Origin: Chlorokybus atmophyticus | Taxonomy: Eukaryota > Plantae > Mesostigma and Chlorokybus algae | Direction of reading: 5' to 3' | Length of the DNA: 64,000 bases | NCBI GenBank assembly: GCA_009103225.1 | Contig: RHPI01003369.1 | Span: forward strand, 317,500 to 381,499 | Shown here: positions 61,201 to 64,000 of the stretch, piece by piece | Position numbering within the stretch: position 1 is the first letter of the stretch | How the letters are laid out: every line of letters starts with the position of its first letter | Notes under the pieces: model-generated | What the model was told of the DNA's origin: nothing | The model's input: the letters and a program-made list of their open reading frames with translations, nothing else | The model's database searches: none | Made by a program: the position numbers and the translations under genes

Positions 61201-64000
61201 TGTGAGAGTGTACGCGTGACACCAACACTGGGGTTCATGCAAGCAGCCAATGTGTGTATCATGGTTATAACACTTATGTGCGCTCGCCTTACTGAACAAC
61301 TGCTAGACAGAATGACAAAAGTTACACAGGCTTCAAGCTTATGCTAGCTGGAAATATGGACGGTAGTCACACAAGCTCGTGGTTGAATAAAAAGAGGCTC
61401 TGTGTGCATGGCATACACACGTAGGGTGGGGTGATTGGCTGGATGTAGGGACGGACATTAATGGTTGAAGAGATGTAACACCACGTACCAGAAGCCGTTG
61501 TCAACCCAGAGCTTGAGCAGTTCCAGCGGCGGCATGAACCCAAACTTGGACTTCTGCGGCATGCTGATATCATCAATGAAGCACACGAGTCTCTTTCCCC
61601 CTGGTGGCGCATACACCCCCTTCGTTCTCTTCTCCAGCCTTCCCTCAATAGTCTCTTGAAGTGAGTTGGACGATGTTTGGGCGGAGAAGTTGATGATCAT
61701 GCCGGCGTGGTTTTCGGGTAGACCTGTTAAGAGTTGTTGTGCGACAACAGTCTTGCCGACACCAACATTGCCCATGACGAGGGCGTGTCGGCCAGCGTGA
61801 ACAAGGGCGGAGAGCACATGCTTCGTGCGGAGGGTGTCGATGGTGGGGACAACTATTGAGTGGAAAGGCGCATCTGCTGGTGGTTTATACCCACCCGTGT
61901 TGGTGTTGTTGCCCACAACACTCGCTTCCTTCCCGCCACCAACGCCAACGTTGGCTCCACCACCGAGCCGCTCCTCCCACGCCACCCACGCACGTCGTTT
62001 TCGATCAGCAACGTACTCGTATACGGTGTCTGCGGCGGGGAAACGCGGGTCCAAGTCACGTATGAACAGATCAAAGCGACGGCGTGACTCTTCATCAAGA
62101 GCTCCGCCGAGCGACCACACGAGTGAGAACAAGAAGAACATCTCTGTCATGGCCACGGCTTGCTCCGCCTCCATCGGGACTGTATCATTGTTGTTGTTGT
62201 CGATTGTGACAGCGTCGAAGAGGTGGCAAAGAGACCTCACTGCAGTCTGCCTATCTGTGGCAACGAGCTCCCGACACTCTTTGCGCTTGAACTCAAGGGC
62301 CGCATCGACACACTTCTCTATCATCCGTCGCAGCGTGTCCACTATACTCGCATCGGTCTTCTTTGCAAGCCACGATTCAACAAAAGGTCTCCACCCGAGG
62401 TCCTCCACATTCATGTAGATCATGCCGGCACGTGATACAGTTGCAGGCGAAGCTTGAGACAGGTCCTCTACTTCAAAGAGTATAGAGACTTGGGGTGGCA
62501 TGGCTATACGTTCACCCGAGAGCAATGTGAGTAGCTTGTTGTCGTCAAGGAGTGTGTTCATGGACTCAATCCACAGCGTGTCCACGGGTCCGTCGAACAG
62601 GATCCACTTTTGATCTAAAGCTTCGTCTCGACACGCCGTGCGCATGACTTTGGCCAACACGCCGTCACACCACTCACGTGAGGCTGCGGAGAAGCACCCG
62701 TACAACTCGTCGTTGCTGAGAGCCAGTGGGTTGATAGTGTACACGTGCACACGCTCCATGTCCTCAACACCCTTCTTCTTAAGTGCAGCCATAGCTCTGG
62801 ATAAACACTTCCACGCCTCGCTCTTACCCGCGCCGGTCTTACCCACAATCATGTTGCCGTGCCTCGCCACCTTACAATCGTACACTTGGATAATCTTCGA
62901 GACGTAGTCGGCGACTGGTTGGAGCCCGACATTCCTCAACTCTTCTTCAATAGCGGCACGAAGCTCACCACCTTCCATAGGTGGTGCTTCCACACCCGGG
63001 AATAGGTCTTGTAACAACGCCGCAAAGAGTGGGAGATCAGCATATACAAGTTTGGGTACAATGAGGTCCCGCATGGTCCGATGCATGATGACTTCTTCGG
63101 GTGCATCGGGATCAATACGTTTGGATGCACCCGCCGCACGCGCGATGGGGATCACAAAGGACCTGAGGCCGTAGTCGTAGTGGTCTTGTTTAGAGAGTTG
63201 TTGTTGACTCAACTCCATGATAGCGATCATCTTACGGGATAACAGTTTGGCTGTCTGAAACCCCTCGGAGAACATCATGATCTCCGCGATGAGGGTGAAG
63301 TCCGGCACCATCATGGATACGGGTCTGAGCATAGCCTTAAGGTTGTCGGGTAGTTCACTGCGGCCGGCATAACCCGGGTTCATCGTGACGAAAATCCCAC
63401 AACTAGCGATGAGACGGATTTCGGCGCCTTCAAACACGAAGCGCGTGACTCCCGCCTTTATTGCGAGCATCACGGTGGAAATCTGCGTGGCCACGACAGA
63501 TAGGACCTCCACTTCAATGCGGTTGAACTCATCAAGACACGCCCACGCGCCCGTCTGCGCCAACCCGGCAAACATCTTCCCCGTCATCTTGTAGTCCACG
63601 CCATCAGAACAGTTGAACACAATAACATAACGCGCGAGAGCCTTGCCAAAGTCTTTGACCGTCTCTGTTTTACCCGTACCAGCAGGACCTAAAGGATTCC
63701 CACCTCTCCTTGTAAACATCGCCGCACCCAACGTCATGTAACATCTGTCCGTCAACGGCGTGACAACCAACCTGCCATTGTTGCCCTGATACTCGTAGCC
63801 GTAAGCGAAGACAGACAACACCTGTCGGATCACGCAGTCGCCCTTGGCATTGTCCTTGTCCTTGTCTTTGGCGTTGTTGTTGTCGTTGTCGTAGCCGGCG
63901 GCGCTGCTGTCCTTGTCTTTGTCCCAGTAGAAACGAAGCTGGCTCTGCCACTCAAAGTCGGTCGGAGCGGAGCAGCCGCACTTGCCGAGACGCTCGATGA
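54541..64000 (-). CDS. DHC10: Axonemal dynein heavy chain, inner arm I1/f beta (DHC10/DNAH2 type); 5' part lies beyond the window
   Basis: AAA1 GPAGTGKTETVKD..FNCSD..DEFNRI with the DHC10-like RLVVTPLTDRCYMTLGAAMFTRRGGNPL. AAA2 GKTGAGKS, AAA3 GNVGVGKT, AAA4 GVGGSGRKS. Stalk/MTBD region and C-terminal CPLYMYPVR..RGTALLLALAS*. Introns at 55036-55204, 56381-56578, 58094-58293, 60536-60654 and 61072-61488. Confidence 0.93.
58163..58278. repeat. Compound microsatellite (TG)n-(CG)n-(CA)n-(AG)n in a dynein intron
   Basis: Seen directly; the TG and CA blocks form an inverted repeat. Confidence 0.9.

Noticed and set aside
22542-64000. Flagellar gene cluster ('radial spoke protein 5'-like AKR plus dynein)
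   Set aside because: The AKR has a plastid-like transit peptide and land-plant-type homologs, and it lies about 30 kb from the dynein with unrelated genes in between.
1-64000. tRNA, rRNA, snoRNA, CRISPR arrays, U12-type introns, selenoprotein read-through
   Set aside because: None was recognised by eye. A covariance-model scan (Infernal/tRNAscan-SE) would be needed to exclude small ncRNAs.

Overview
Eukaryotic, intron-rich green-algal genomic DNA. It is probably an early-diverging flagellated streptophyte alga; this is inference from the CIPK, bHLH-ACT, ISE2 and At5g64680-like genes occurring together with an axonemal dynein. The window holds 15 recognisable spliced protein-coding genes: DUF1475 membrane protein (+), CSL4 (-), PPX1/PRUNE (+), ISE2 helicase (-), uridine-kinase-like P-loop kinase (+), EMB8/ABHD hydrolase (-), aldo-keto reductase (+), bHLH-ACT factor (+), a small Mic12/MIC13-like protein (-), APH1 (-), CIPK (+), ProRS (-), an RPA34/mediator-associated-2-like protein (+), oligopeptidase A (-), and the 3' part of dynein heavy chain DHC10/I1-beta (-, running off the right edge). 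Three AT-rich, ORF-poor islands, two assembly gaps and several microsatellites are also present. I saw no tRNA, rRNA, CRISPR array or intact transposon. The most notable observations are: (i) gene orientation alternates at every island-free junction, and the only three same-strand junctions coincide with the three AT-rich islands; (ii) a candidate algal MICOS Mic12/MIC13; (iii) at least six GC-AG introns; (iv) a head-to-head pair with ATGs 59 nt apart; (v) a possible leaky-scanning dual start in oligopeptidase A; (vi) a decayed ORF nested inside a duplicated AT-rich unit. I found no clear-cut novel multi-gene system. Gene models were spliced by eye, so boundaries are approximate where stated.
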